DNA of 64,000 nucleotides from Escherichia coli (GTDB lineage Bacteria; Pseudomonadota; Gammaproteobacteria; Enterobacterales; Enterobacteriaceae): NCBI RefSeq assembly GCF_017348835.2, contig NZ_CP071375.1; one strand, 5' to 3'. Shown piece by piece: positions 34,160 to 45,353 of this stretch (position 1 is its first letter; each line of letters starts with the position of its first letter). The notes under the pieces were generated by a model. It saw only the letters and a program-made list of their open reading frames with translations, ran no database searches and was not told where the DNA came from. The position numbers and the translations under genes were made by a program.

Positions 34160-34723
34160 TTATAGATATTGAACCTTGAAGGTCGCATCTGCGTTTGCAG
34201 TACCAGCTACGGACTGCCCGAGTGCAATATAACGAGCCTGGAACGGCAGTATATTCGTGCCATCAATCAAGTCAGTTTTAGCGCTAAAAGTGGCACCATC
34301 AAGTATTAATACCTCACCCGTACGGTCCAAAATTTGGATACCGACATTTTGGGCAGAGCCTGCCGCTGAACTCTGCAGCGCTAACGTATCGTCATTACTG
34401 GTGACAGTAGTACCCAGGAATGCAACAGCTGCATTACTGGAAACATTGGTATCACAATCATTCAGCTTGATATTGAAGCCAACGGCGGAGCTGAGGTCAC
34501 CCGCTTTAGCCAGGCGAGAAGAACGAACCTGACCCAGCTCAACCGTTTGGTTCATTGATTCTGAATCAATCGCACAAGCGGCATTTACCACTTCACCTTT
34601 AAAATGAATAACACCGCCATTAACAGTGGTCGTTACTGATTCATCACCCTCGCCTGCGCTTACCGCAGCAGACGACATCGCCAACACAGAAACGACAATC
34701 ATACCAACATGTTTGAGTTTCAT
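34160..34723 (-). CDS. major fimbrial subunit (FimA-like)
   Basis: About 187 aa from [23 protein letters not shown]...; pilin with C-terminal ...ATFKVQYL beta-strand; the ORF track adds 16 codons. Confidence 0.8.
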   Translation of the reverse strand: MKLKHVGMIVVSVLAMSSAAVSAGEGDESVTTTVNGGVIHFKGEVVNAACAIDSESMNQTVELGQVRSSRLAKAGDLSSAVGFNIKLNDCDTNVSSNAAVAFLGTTVTSNDDTLALQSSAAGSAQNVGIQILDRTGEVLILDGATFSAKTDLIDGTNILPFQARYIALGQSVAGTANADATFKVQYL

Positions 34724-35156
34724 AATTCTCCAAAATTTATATTTAAGTAGCTGAATAAAGAGAGTTAACAATTAAGTCATTCTGTTATTGCTTATAAAAC
34801 AAGAATCATTCTTGATTGGTTGTTGCCCTGAGAATATAGTTTCCAGGATTATTACATTTCACGAAGAACGAGAATATCTTTAAATCACAAGGACACCTAA
34901 TCACAACAAGTTTATTGCTGCACTTGTTGAAGAGAGTATTTGCAAAAATATTTTATGTCGCTAAATAACATAACGATTTCATTATGCATGTTATTTATAA
35001 ACCGTGACTAAACAGAATATTATTGCGAACAAGGGAAGTGTCAGGAAAGGTCAAGGGCTACTAATGGTTTATATGGCTATAAATCATTAGCTATAGTTAA
35101 TGTTTGCCTGGTGTAACTAACACCGAATTGCTCTAAACAGATAAGTGCAGGGTTTA

Positions 35157-35411
35157 TTAAAGCTGACCGACAGACTTTCTTAACCTGGTAATATCTCTCT
35201 TAGGTGACTCTCCAAACATCTGCAAATATTCCCGGCGGAAATGGGATAAGCTTTCGTAACCGACAGCATAGGCTGCTGTGGTGACATCGTAATGTTCATT
35301 CAGCATCGTTCGCCTGACTTCATTGAGACGTAGCCATTTCTGATACCGGAGTGGACTCATTCCCGCAAGCTGCCTGAAGTGTTGATGGAAAGAGGGCGTG
35401 CTCATTTGCAC
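35157..35411 (-). pseudogene. yneL: AraC-family regulator remnant (C-terminal HTH only; yneL-like)
   Basis: 84-aa ORF containing only the second AraC HTH; no N-terminal domain upstream. Confidence 0.6.
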
Positions 35412-35696
35412 GCGGTTTGCCAGCTTGAGTCTTCAACGCTGGGAAGATGCGGCAAACGGCAAATCGGCATACCAGCCAGCCTATATCCGTCATGCACAGG
35501 CCAATTATGAAAGAGGAGAGGCTTAAGTTCTGGAACCCTGAACGAATAACGAGCACCGGAAAATCACTTCGTATCACTCAGATGCTATTTAACATAATAT
35601 ACATTATGCGCACCAATATAAACCAAGGGAGAATCTAGTCGTTGGCGGTCATGATTGTCCTGCTCATTAACAACGACCAAACCCCATATCTTACTC

Positions 35697-36107
35697 TTAC
35701 TTAATACCGTATTCCCGGCTTAACCGACCGTGCAACCTCAACACATTGGTTTCAACTGCCGTCACCACGTTCTCTGGAAAATCTGTCGGTAATGAAGTCT
35801 TCACGTTATCCAGTGCTGCCGGAATCATTCTGGCAAAGTCACTCAGGATTTCATGCATCTGCACTTCCGGGAATCTCAGCACCTTTGCTGTCGCCAAAAA
35901 ATGTCGCGGATAAATTTTATCGATTGCCGTTTTTTTGCCTTTGGATGCGTTAAGCCCCATTGCCAGTTTGAGATCGCTGATGTGTATTCCCGCGCCACCC
36001 AATACCGGAAATGCTGAAATGATGTCGTAAAATGGCGTGAGTCGATAACTGCCGCCAGCCTGAATAAATACGGAGAAGTTTTTTGCATGGCCATCCGTTG
36101 CGCCAAT
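35697..36107 (-). pseudogene. hipA: hipA C-terminal fragment, fused in frame to the first 20 codons of IS629 orfB
   Basis: ORF 35697..36167 begins [20 protein letters not shown] (IS629 orfB N-terminus) and continues IGATDGHAKNFSVFIQAGGSYRLTPFYD... (HipA kinase C-terminal region). Confidence 0.8.
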
Positions 36108-36547
36108 CAGTTCGCTGCATACCGGTCCGACCCCGTACTGCTCACGCAGCTTATCCAGCAGTGGCATTATTTTTTCCAGAGGCGGTCGAACTCCGCCTTC
36201 GCAAAATAAGCGGAAGCCTGGCGAAGGATATCGTTACTGCGGCGCAGTTCACGATTTTCACGTTCCAGCTCTTTCAGACGCTGACGTTCAGCGGTGGTGA
36301 GTCCACCATCACCACTCCCGGTATCCCGCTCATGCTGGCGAACCCAGACACGCAGAGTCTCCGGCGTACAGCCAATCTTTGGGGCAATGGAACAAATTGC
36401 CGCCCACTGTGAGTCATATTCATCCTGACTTTCCAGAACCATACGAATCGCCCGCTGACGGACTTCGGGGGAAAAACGAGTATTTTTAGTCATCCTGTTT
36501 ACCTCTTTCTCAGGGAGTTTAGTCTCCAGGATTTCCGGGGCGGTTCA
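36108..36547 (-). mobile_element. truncated IS3-family element (IS629/IS1203-like): left inverted repeat, complete orfA, first ~60 bp of orfB
   Basis: Minus strand begins TGAACCGCCCCGGAAATCCTGGAGACTAAACTCC (IS629-like IRL, from memory) at 36547; orfA 36167..36493; element ends abruptly near 36108 where the hipA sequence resumes. Confidence 0.75.
36167..36493 (-). CDS. IS3-family transposase OrfA (IS629-like)
   Basis: 108-aa [33 protein letters not shown]... with HTH and leucine-zipper region, recognised as IS629/IS1203 orfA. Confidence 0.8.
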   Translation of the reverse strand: MTKNTRFSPEVRQRAIRMVLESQDEYDSQWAAICSIAPKIGCTPETLRVWVRQHERDTGSGDGGLTTAERQRLKELERENRELRRSNDILRQASAYFAKAEFDRLWKK

Positions 36548-36842
36548 CAACGCTGTCTCGCCCTATTTCTGACAATAAATCAAACGGTTGTCTGGATTTG
36601 GCATGATAACGTTTAACGATCCGGTCACGTACAATCGGGCTATCGGGTAACAAGTTATCGAAGAAGTTAAATACGGCATCAGAGGTGATATTCCCCCTCT
36701 GCAATGGCAGCGAAAGTGACAACGGTCTGGCATAACGGCTGGCTAACCACTCCGGTGCATACTTAAAGGTGTGCGCGCCGTTGGCTAACTTCGTTAACTC
36801 GCCTACCCGCTGGTTGTTCATCCAAGTGACTAGTTTGGGCAT
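36548..36842 (-). pseudogene. hipA: hipA N-terminal fragment (about 98 codons) truncated at the IS junction
   Basis: MPKLVTWMNNQRVGELTKLANGAHTFKYAPEWL...SEIGRDSV then runs into the IS inverted repeat; start overlaps the hipB stop by 1 nt. Confidence 0.8.
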
Positions 36843-37108
36843 TACCACTCCAGATCTTGCTGTTCTGTTGATTCTGGCGAGGCATTTTTCGTGTCGCATA
36901 GCGTCATTGAGAGTTCAAGCGACTGTAAAATCTTAAAAAATGTCGTGAGCGAGGTATTGTCAGGGTTGTTTTCGAAATTGGAAATCGTCGCCTGCTTAAT
37001 GCCGATTTTTTTCGCCAGCTCGCTCTGCGTCCAGCCATTTTGCTGGCGAACCAGTTTCATTGCATTCGCTAATTGCGTTGGGCTATAGATCTTCTGAAAG
37101 CTCATCAT
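36842..37108 (-). CDS. hipB: antitoxin/transcriptional repressor HipB
   Basis: 88 aa from MMSFQKIYSPTQLANAMKLVRQQNGWTQSELAKKIGIKQATISNFENN... (Xre-type HTH). Confidence 0.9.
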   Translation of the reverse strand: MMSFQKIYSPTQLANAMKLVRQQNGWTQSELAKKIGIKQATISNFENNPDNTSLTTFFKILQSLELSMTLCDTKNASPESTEQQDLEW

Positions 37109-37129
37109 GTCATACGTCCACAGCAAATT

Positions 37130-37243
37130 TATCCGCTTAAGGGGATATTATCAGTTTTATCCTTTAGTGAGGATAAAGTCAATCTGGAAACACATCTTAT
37201 CCGCTCTACGGGATAAACGCTGCGATATCCGCGATCGCGGATA
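37130..37243. promoter_or_regulatory. hipBA promoter with four HipB operators (TATCC-N8-GGATA)
   Basis: Perfect palindromes at 37130..37147, 37158..37175, 37198..37215 and 37226..37243. Confidence 0.85.
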
Positions 37244-37318
37244 AAAGGGAGGCTTTAAAAGCCGTTTGAAGTCGGCAATATTAAGCCGCATGCCATCTCG
37301 ACATGCGGCTTATACGGT

Positions 37319-40300
37319 TTACCAGCTATATTTCACTCCCAGCATGCCCTGAGTATCGCTATAGCCTTTATCACCTAGTTGCACACCGACATTCCCCCAC
37401 AGGCTAAGGTTGTTATTTACTTTCGCCTCAACCCCGGTACGTACTTCACCGAGATTACGCGCACCATCACGGCTTACGGTTTGACCATTCATCTTCACGG
37501 CGTAGACTTCGCTATTGTTGATCCAGTTCGCTTCAATGTAAGGCTGGAACTCACGCTGTTTACCATCGTCACGCTGGTGATGGCTATTCAGGTAGGTTTT
37601 CACCCCAAGTCGCGTTTGCACGTTTCCGTCGCCTTCCGTTTCAATGCGCGTTCCGTCTTTCCGGGTATGGTCAGAATCTTTCACACCCATCCAGGTGATT
37701 TGTACCTGTGGCTGGACGTACCAGGTATTCAGCGTCCCTTCGCTGCCACTAAATGTTCCCGCTTCAAAGGTATACCCACCCTCAACAGAGGCCGTCACAC
37801 CGCGAGAATCATAGTCGTCAGCAGAACGGTTATCGGAACTGACACTGTTATCAAACCAGTTATACAGCACCCAACTGTCAACATAAGCGCCGGTCTTATT
37901 CGCATCGTTCTGATACCAGGTCGCGTACAGCCCAGCGCTGTAACCGCTGATGCGCCCATCCGATTTATAACCCACACGATTACTCTGAGTATTACTGTGC
38001 TGATTGGCGTAGCCTGCCATCACGCCAAGATGCCAGCGATCCTGCGCGTTGCTACTCCACTGCGCCAAATCGCCGCCTAGCTGCAATACATAGCGGTTAG
38101 CCTGAGCATTTAGCTGGCCGTCACCGGTCCTGAAACGTTCGTGTCCCCCGACATGACGCATCCACATACTGCTTGCCGAACCCTGAGAAAGCCGTGAATC
38201 TGTATACTGCGGCTCACCCAGACGGTCGTGTAAGCGATGGCTAAACAGCGAGTTGGCTGCGGCAATGTTGCTGATATAGCTTCCGGCCTCCGGGCGATAA
38301 ACTGATGGGCCTTCCGGATCCACAACAGGGGGATTATTGATGGGATCGGGTGTATCCGCTGGCGTTACGCCGTCCCATTTACTGGTCAGATACCAGTTTT
38401 TCTCGTCATTCCCCTTCCCTTTAGCCAGCGTGTAGACGTAAGCCCCAGCTTCGACAGTTCCGGTGGTCAGCGCGAAGTTACCTGCAGAATTACCGCCAAC
38501 CTCAATGAGTTCAATACCGTTGACCGTTTGCGCACCGACGCCGCCAATGTTATCAACCCGAACGCGAGTGTTCCCTTGGGTATCGCCTTTCACGTTCATC
38601 TTATCGGTGGGTGAATTATCGCCGCCCAGCGTCGCGTTGAACGTTATCAGGCCATTGTTTCCGGTATAGTTGCCGTTAACGGTCAGTACATTCCCCGGTT
38701 TTCCTCCTTCACTGTTCATTTGAACCGTGCCGCCATTCTTCAGGTTGCCGCCGATTGTGGTTTTAGCGACACGCAGTGTCCCCCCAGACATAACGTTCAC
38801 ATCACCTGCAGTGGTGACATTTCCCGACATCACACCGCTGTTATGGATATTAATGTGTTGACTTACCGTATTAATGGCAGAGTCGGAACCGAAAGCAATT
38901 TCCCCCCCCCCACGATATCCGTCGTACCCTGATACGCCGAGGAATCGTTGTTAAGAGTCAGGATCCCGGTACCCAGTTTTGTCAAATCACCGCTACCGCT
39001 GATACTGTGCGTCATCGCCCAGCTACGCTCAGTGGAGATGGTGAGCAGGCCATTATTGATAACGGAAGCATCACCCAGGTTTTTCTGCTCGTTGACGCTG
39101 AGCGCGCTGCCTGTATCAATGTTGAATTGCCCCACAAAGCGGCTATTATCGCCATCCAGCTCTACATCTGTCCTGGCGGTTGCGCTCACGATACCCTTCC
39201 CGCTTATGCTATTACGCAGTTCGCCAGTCACGTTTTTTAGCGTTAACAGACCGTCATTGGCAATATTTCCTCTGCCTAACCCCTGCGTATTATCGAGGCT
39301 GACTTCCGCATTTGGGCTAACGCTGGTTAACGCATTGTAGCGTGCATTAAGCCCCTCAATAGCCAGCGTTCCCCCTGTAACATTCAGGTTTCCGCCACCT
39401 GTCAGTTCACCCTGACTGATCCCACCTTTGGACACCGTGGGAACCGTCCTGAACGCCCACCAATGAATATTCTTTGTTATTAATCAGTCCATTATTGGAA
39501 ATATTGACTTTGCCATTACCGAAATATCCATTATAGAGTCTGCGTACCGTGATGACAGAGTCTTGATCCTGCACATTCAGGGTTCCGACACCGGTGGCAT
39601 TGCCACCGATAATCGTATTTTCAGCCGTAATCAGTCCACCCTCGCGAATAGTCGCCTCCCCAGTTCCTTGATTACCAATTTGAAATTCAATTGAGGAATC
39701 GTTATTTTTCATTAGCCACTCGCCACCCTTTTCAACGACAACCTGGCCATTACTGCCCGCCTGATAGCCTAAAATGGCGACGATTGAACTCGTGACGTAA
39801 CCCTTATCCGTAATATTTAATGAGCCTGTACCGTAACTCCCTATTTCGAATAATTCGGTCGTCAAAACCGAGTCCTCTCCCTCAACATTAACCGTCCCGA
39901 CGCCTGCAGCTTGAGTACCTAATCTTAAATAGCCTCCATCGACGTGACCCTTCTGTTTAATATTCAGCGTCCCCGTTCCGGATTGACCCACATTTAAAGG
40001 CCTTGCATTATTTCCGCTATCATACAATCGCCAGGTGCCACCCAAAACATTAACGGTACCCTCCGAATCCTCATTACCGCCAATGACGCTGGTAGTAATA
40101 GTGGTTAAGGAGGCATTACCGCCAGCCAAAATATTAAGCACTCCAGTGCCATACCAGCCAACCAGGTAGGCATCATAAGCAACATCAGTATCAATATTGG
40201 TAATCTGACCATTATCAACTTCCAGACTCGCACCAGACGCTGAACCGCTTAGTGCCAGCAAAACACCCAGCGTCAATCTACTGAATTTCGTTGTCAGTCC

Positions 40301-40414
40301 AGAGGATTTACGCAAATTAACCGTCGATGTTTTACCTGCCCTGCGAGTTAATTCCGAGCAGGCCTGAAATACCTGTAGAGTGCAATTCCATATCACGCGA
40401 TAGATTCTATTCAT
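37319..40414 (-). pseudogene. yneO: AIDA-like autotransporter adhesin pseudogene, broken into three ORFs
   Basis: N-terminal extended signal peptide MNRIYRVIWNCTLQVFQACSELTRR; passenger repeats; C-terminal beta-barrel ending ...GMLGVKYSW; frame breaks near 39407..39435 and 38833..38863. Confidence 0.8.
38902..38911. repeat. homopolymeric C10 (G10 on the coding strand) tract inside yneO
   Basis: tccccccccccac on the plus strand encodes GGG in the 38863..39435 ORF, about 40 bp before that ORF terminates. Confidence 0.9.
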
Positions 40415-40944
40415 ATAAACGCTCCATATACAAACAATACAGCCACGAAAGAGATGAGTCGTCAGACATTAAAAATGAAACTTATTAAATTGTCAGAGGT
40501 CTGTATTGAGTGTTAGTTGGAGGTGCGAAGGTGTCAATTTGGCTAATTTGCTAATGCTTTCGAATTGATAGATTAAAAATTGCATAGTTCTTATTTTATT
40601 TAAAAATGAACTATGAGTTATTGTTGCTTAATAAGAAAACTGTTTCTTTCAATAGGAAAATTATCATCATCATATTTAACAAAGAATAGCACTAATTGCT
40701 AAAAATCGAAGTTTATTAAACCCCTTTTGCATCCATTAATGTCTTTAGGAATATTCGCTATAAAATAAGGGTTATGCTTAATGCTTTAAGAAAAATAGCA
40801 ATTTTCCCTTGAATATAGTACTGGTGATGGAACGATGAATCTGCAAGCTGGCATTTAACAAGCCAGCTCTAAAAGAAGGGAAATAAGAAAAACTATACTC
40901 AAAAACTAACAGCCACGGTCATCATGATGTGGCTGTCAATGAAA

Positions 40945-42537
40945 CTATAACCCAGGCGCTTTCCATAACGACGTCGTCAGTCCATGATCAACCAGCCCCA
41001 ACTGATCCTGATAAACTGCCTGCCACTTATCGCGTGAATCCTGATAAAGTTCATGCTTTTCCGGGTCTGGTGTGTGCGTCCGTTCCCAGCGAACCAGGCG
41101 TTCTCCGGTTTCTGCCATTGATGAAAAAATTCCGGCACCGACGCCAGCTGCAATGGCACATCCTAATGCAGTGGCTTCTTTGACCACCGGAATATTGACG
41201 GGTAATCCCGAGACATCAGCGAGAATTTGACTCCATAATTTCCCTTTTGAACCTCCGCCAGCAAAAACCAGCGAGGTGGGATGAATATTCGAGAAATCAG
41301 CAATTTGCTGCAAGTTACACGCTGATACAATCGCCGCATTTTCTTCCAGCGCACGGAACAATGTCGCTTTGTTACATTTATCCGGGTCAATGGACAAGTT
41401 AATAAAGGAAGGTGCGGCGTGATACCAGGTTTTAAAGCGCATTCTGTCGGAGAATATCGGCATTACGCCCCACGACCCAGGCGGCACCCGACTGGCCATC
41501 TCTTCCAGCAGCGTATAGGTGTCGATGCCTAAACGTTCGGCAATCAGTTTTTCTTCGGCACAGAAAGCATCGCGGAACCAGCGCATGGTGAATCCGGTAA
41601 AAAAGCTTATAGATTCAGCTTGTACCATGCCAGGAATAACATGAGGATTAACGCGCACGTTCATTTCTGGGTCTGTCACCGGCGCGGCTAAATTTACAAC
41701 TTGCTGCCAGAATGTGCCGCCAAGAACCGCGGTTTGTGCCGGACGCACAACGCCTAACCCCAGGCAACCAAGCTGCACGTCGCCTCCTCCAACGACCACC
41801 GGAGTGCCCACCTTCAGACCGCAGAGTTCCGCCGCTTGTGAACTTACCACGCCCAGCAATGTGCCGGTTTCTTTGACAGGAGAAAGAATATCGGCACGCA
41901 GGCCAGCCATATCCAGCAATGCAGGTTTCCAGTCACGGATGGTTAGATCAAGAAGTCCCGTGGTGCCAGCGTTAGAGGGATCCACCGCAAGTTCGCCGCT
42001 GAGCATATAGGCCAGCCAGTCGCTGATCATGGTGATGGTTGATGCCTGACGGTAAATATCGGAACGATGGTGCGCCAGCCAAAGTAATCTGGGGATGGCA
42101 CTTAAAGCCAGTGTTTGTCCGGTCGCGCGATAAACTTCGTTTTCAAAGGTATTGTTGTGCAGTTCTTTAAGTTCGCTAACTTCACGCGCCGCTCTGGCAT
42201 CCACATTGGCGCAGGCCCAGATCGGTGTTCCTTCATTGTTATATAAAACAATGCCTTCACGCATCGAACATGCCGAAACGGCAGCGATATACTCCGGGGC
42301 TATGCCGGCGTTGTGCAACGCCTGGCGCATACACTCACACGCCAGTTGCCAGTTTTTGTTGAGATCAAATTCCATAGAACCAGGAACGTCCGGTACTGCC
42401 AGATGCCGCCACTCCGCCTGTCCCACTGCTATTTGATTGCCTTCCAGGTCGAATATCACAGCCCGAATACTTCCGGTGCCTGCATCCAGCGCCATCAGGT
42501 AGTACTTTGATTCTGAAGGGGTAAAGAGTCGAACCAT
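40945..42537 (-). CDS. lsrK: autoinducer-2 kinase
   Basis: 530-aa FGGY-family carbohydrate kinase; recognised LsrK; adjacent to lsrR. Confidence 0.92.
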   Translation of the reverse strand: MVRLFTPSESKYYLMALDAGTGSIRAVIFDLEGNQIAVGQAEWRHLAVPDVPGSMEFDLNKNWQLACECMRQALHNAGIAPEYIAAVSACSMREGIVLYNNEGTPIWACANVDARAAREVSELKELHNNTFENEVYRATGQTLALSAIPRLLWLAHHRSDIYRQASTITMISDWLAYMLSGELAVDPSNAGTTGLLDLTIRDWKPALLDMAGLRADILSPVKETGTLLGVVSSQAAELCGLKVGTPVVVGGGDVQLGCLGLGVVRPAQTAVLGGTFWQQVVNLAAPVTDPEMNVRVNPHVIPGMVQAESISFFTGFTMRWFRDAFCAEEKLIAERLGIDTYTLLEEMASRVPPGSWGVMPIFSDRMRFKTWYHAAPSFINLSIDPDKCNKATLFRALEENAAIVSACNLQQIADFSNIHPTSLVFAGGGSKGKLWSQILADVSGLPVNIPVVKEATALGCAIAAGVGAGIFSSMAETGERLVRWERTHTPDPEKHELYQDSRDKWQAVYQDQLGLVDHGLTTSLWKAPGL

Positions 42538-42615
42538 TAGATTATCCTCGGCTTATGCGTTCTGTCTGTTCCTCTATACGTTCTCCATCATTCCCGGTAA
42601 TAAGGTCATGCAAAT

Positions 42616-43569
42616 TTAACTACGTAAAATCGCCGCTGCTGTGTCCTGATCGGTAACCAGTGCGTTGATATAACCGCCTTTCATTGCAGCGGCAATTGCT
42701 TCGGCTTTATTTTCTCCCCCTGCCACGCCAACCCGGACGGGTATGGTCTTCAGCGCGCTTAAAGGTAAGCCAATCAGTTCGTTATGTATTTTGATATCCG
42801 TGACAACGTCACCTTTTGCATCAAAAAAGTAGCCTAAAATGTCGCCAACCGCCCCTTTTCGGCCAATCATTAACTGTTCGCCCTGGCTGATATAACCGGA
42901 GCGAATGATTGTCGCGTCGTCTTGTTGACTCACGGCCCCAATGCCGACAATCGCCACATCCGCTGCTTGCGCGGCTAGCAGAACATCTTTGACGCAATTT
43001 TCATTTTTTAGCGTACGGGCAATGTCAGCGGAGGATGCCCGCAACGGAGCCGGAATAATATTCACACTGCACGCCGCGTTAAGCTGCCCGATACCCGTCA
43101 TATAAGAACCGACGCCACCGGAGAGCGTGACCAGGCGAATTTGCTGTGACGAAATAAAACCACTTAAGCGTTGCAGCGTATTCATGGTTGCCTCGCCAAA
43201 ACCAATCGCCAGCATCTGTTGTGGTTGAAGTAAACTCATCAACATATGCGCCGCGCCTATCCCCAGTCGCCCGCCGACATCAGCATCCGCAAGCCCAGGG
43301 ATCACCCGGACATGTTGCAGCGAAAACTGACGACGTAAGTGAGTTTCATATTCCAGACAGCCTTCAAAGCGAGAATTAATCTGTACGCGAATAATGCCGG
43401 ACTGATGCCCTTTCTCCAGTAATCGCGACACTTTCAAACGTGTCAGGCCGAGACGATCGCTGATCTCGCTCTGGGTCAGCCCGTCGTGGTAGTAAAACCA
43501 CGCGATCCGCGCGACCTGTTCTTCTTCACACATTCCCTGTTCTGAAATTGCCGAATCGTTGATTGTCAT
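42616..43569 (-). CDS. lsrR: lsr operon repressor (SorC family)
   Basis: 317-aa ORF with N-terminal HTH; recognised LsrR. Confidence 0.92.
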   Translation of the reverse strand: MTINDSAISEQGMCEEEQVARIAWFYYHDGLTQSEISDRLGLTRLKVSRLLEKGHQSGIIRVQINSRFEGCLEYETHLRRQFSLQHVRVIPGLADADVGGRLGIGAAHMLMSLLQPQQMLAIGFGEATMNTLQRLSGFISSQQIRLVTLSGGVGSYMTGIGQLNAACSVNIIPAPLRASSADIARTLKNENCVKDVLLAAQAADVAIVGIGAVSQQDDATIIRSGYISQGEQLMIGRKGAVGDILGYFFDAKGDVVTDIKIHNELIGLPLSALKTIPVRVGVAGGENKAEAIAAAMKGGYINALVTDQDTAAAILRS

Positions 43570-43817
43570 AATTCATTCTTCACTTTGAACATATTTAAAT
43601 CTTTAATGCAATTGTTCAGTTCTTGCGCATTTATATCTGTGATGGCAACCACAGTTTGACTCTACGAGCATGAACAAACGCAACCGTGAAAATCAAAATA
43701 GCATAAATTGTGATCTATTCGTCGGAAATATGTGCAATGCCCACCTAAGGTTATGAACAAATTAAAAGCAGAAATACATTTGTTCAAAACTCACCTGCAA
43801 AACTGAACGGGGGAAAT
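43570..43817. promoter_or_regulatory. divergent lsrR / lsrA promoter region with CRP-like half-site
   Basis: AT-rich 248-bp intergenic region; TGTGA motif in aaattgtgatctattcgtcgg near 43708. Confidence 0.4.
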
Positions 43818-45353
43818 ATGCAAACGAGTGATACCCGCGCGTTACCGCTACTTTGCGCCCGCTCGGTTTATAAACAGTATTCAGGGGTCAATGTCCTGAA
43901 AGGCATCGATTTTACGTTGCATCAGGGGGAGGTCCACGCCCTGCTCGGCGGCAATGGTGCCGGTAAATCGACGTTAATGAAGATTATTGCCGGTATTACC
44001 CCTGCTGATAGCGGTACGCTGGAGATTGGGGGCAACAACTACGCCAGATTAACGCCAGTTCATGCTCATCAGCTGGGTATTTATCTCGTTCCCCAGGAAC
44101 CGCTGCTTTTCCCAAGCCTGTCGATAAAAGAAAACATCCTGTTTGGGCTGGCAAAAAAACAGCTCTCCATGCAGAAAATGAAGAACTTGCTGGCGGCGCT
44201 GGGCTGCCAGTTTGATCTGCATAGTCTGGCAGGATCGCTGGATGTCGCCGATCGCCAAATGGTGGAAATCCTCCGCGGGCTGATGCGCGACTCGCGGATT
44301 CTGATCCTCGATGAACCTACCGCCTCGCTTACCCCTGCGGAAACCGAACGCTTGTTTACTCGCTTGCAAGAGCTGCTTGCTACTGGCGTGGGTATTGTTT
44401 TTATCTCGCATAAGCTGCCGGAAATTCGCCAGATTGCCGATCGAATTAGCGTGATGCGCGACGGAACCATCGCCTTAAGCGGCAAAACCAGCGAACTGTC
44501 TACCGACGACATTATTCAGGCCATCACGCCAGTGGTACGGGAAAAATCGCTCTCTGCCAGCCAAAAATTATGGCTGGAGTTACCTGGTAACCGCCCACAA
44601 CATGCCGCCGGAACGCCGGTGCTGACACTGGAAAATCTGACTGGCGAAGGTTTTATGAATGTCAGCCTGACGCTCAATGCCGGAGAAATTCTGGGCCTGG
44701 CTGGGCTGGTGGGAGCCGGACGCACAGAACTGGCCGAGACGCTCTATGGTCTGCGTACTTTGCGTGGCGGACGCATTATGCTGAATGGTAAAGAGATCAA
44801 TAAATTATCCACTGGAGAACGTTTACTGCGCGGTCTGGTTTATCTGCCGGAAGATCGCCAGTCATCCGGACTGAATCTCGATGCTTCGCTGGCCTGGAAC
44901 GTCTGCGCCCTTACTCATAACCTTCGTGGATTCTGGGCGAAATCCGCGAAAGATAATGCCACCCTGGAACGATATCGTCGGGCGCTGAATATTAAATTTA
45001 ACCAACCGGAACAAGCTGCACGGACATTATCCGGTGGCAACCAGCAAAAAATCCTCATTGCCAAATGCCTGGAAGCCTCGCCGCAAGTATTGATTGTCGA
45101 TGAGCCGACGCGCGGCGTGGATGTCTCGGCGCGTAATGATATCTACCAACTGTTGCGCAGCATCGCCGCACAGAATGTGGCTGTGCTGCTTATCTCCTCT
45201 GATCTGGAAGAGATCGAACTGATGGCAGATCGTGTGTATGTGATGCATCAGGGCGAAATTACCCACTCTGCACTGACCGGGCGCGATATTAATGTCGAGA
45301 CTATTATGCGCGTTGCCTTCGGCGATAGTCAGCGTCAGGAGGCGTCATGCTGA
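43818..45353 (+). CDS. lsrA: AI-2 ABC transporter ATP-binding protein (duplicated ATPase)
   Basis: 511-aa ORF, Walker [10 protein letters not shown], two ABC domains. Confidence 0.92.
   Translation: MQTSDTRALPLLCARSVYKQYSGVNVLKGIDFTLHQGEVHALLGGNGAGKSTLMKIIAGITPADSGTLEIGGNNYARLTPVHAHQLGIYLVPQEPLLFPSLSIKENILFGLAKKQLSMQKMKNLLAALGCQFDLHSLAGSLDVADRQMVEILRGLMRDSRILILDEPTASLTPAETERLFTRLQELLATGVGIVFISHKLPEIRQIADRISVMRDGTIALSGKTSELSTDDIIQAITPVVREKSLSASQKLWLELPGNRPQHAAGTPVLTLENLTGEGFMNVSLTLNAGEILGLAGLVGAGRTELAETLYGLRTLRGGRIMLNGKEINKLSTGERLLRGLVYLPEDRQSSGLNLDASLAWNVCALTHNLRGFWAKSAKDNATLERYRRALNIKFNQPEQAARTLSGGNQQKILIAKCLEASPQVLIVDEPTRGVDVSARNDIYQLLRSIAAQNVAVLLISSDLEEIELMADRVYVMHQGEITHSALTGRDINVETIMRVAFGDSQRQEASC

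Noticed and set aside
35320..35577. 85-aa minus-strand ORF overlapping the AraC remnant
   Set aside because: Different frame from the AraC HTH, no recognisable domain; likely chance ORF in a decayed region.
37379..38080. 233-aa plus-strand ORF antisense to the yneO beta-barrel region
   Set aside because: Antisense to repetitive autotransporter sequence with no start context or family resemblance.
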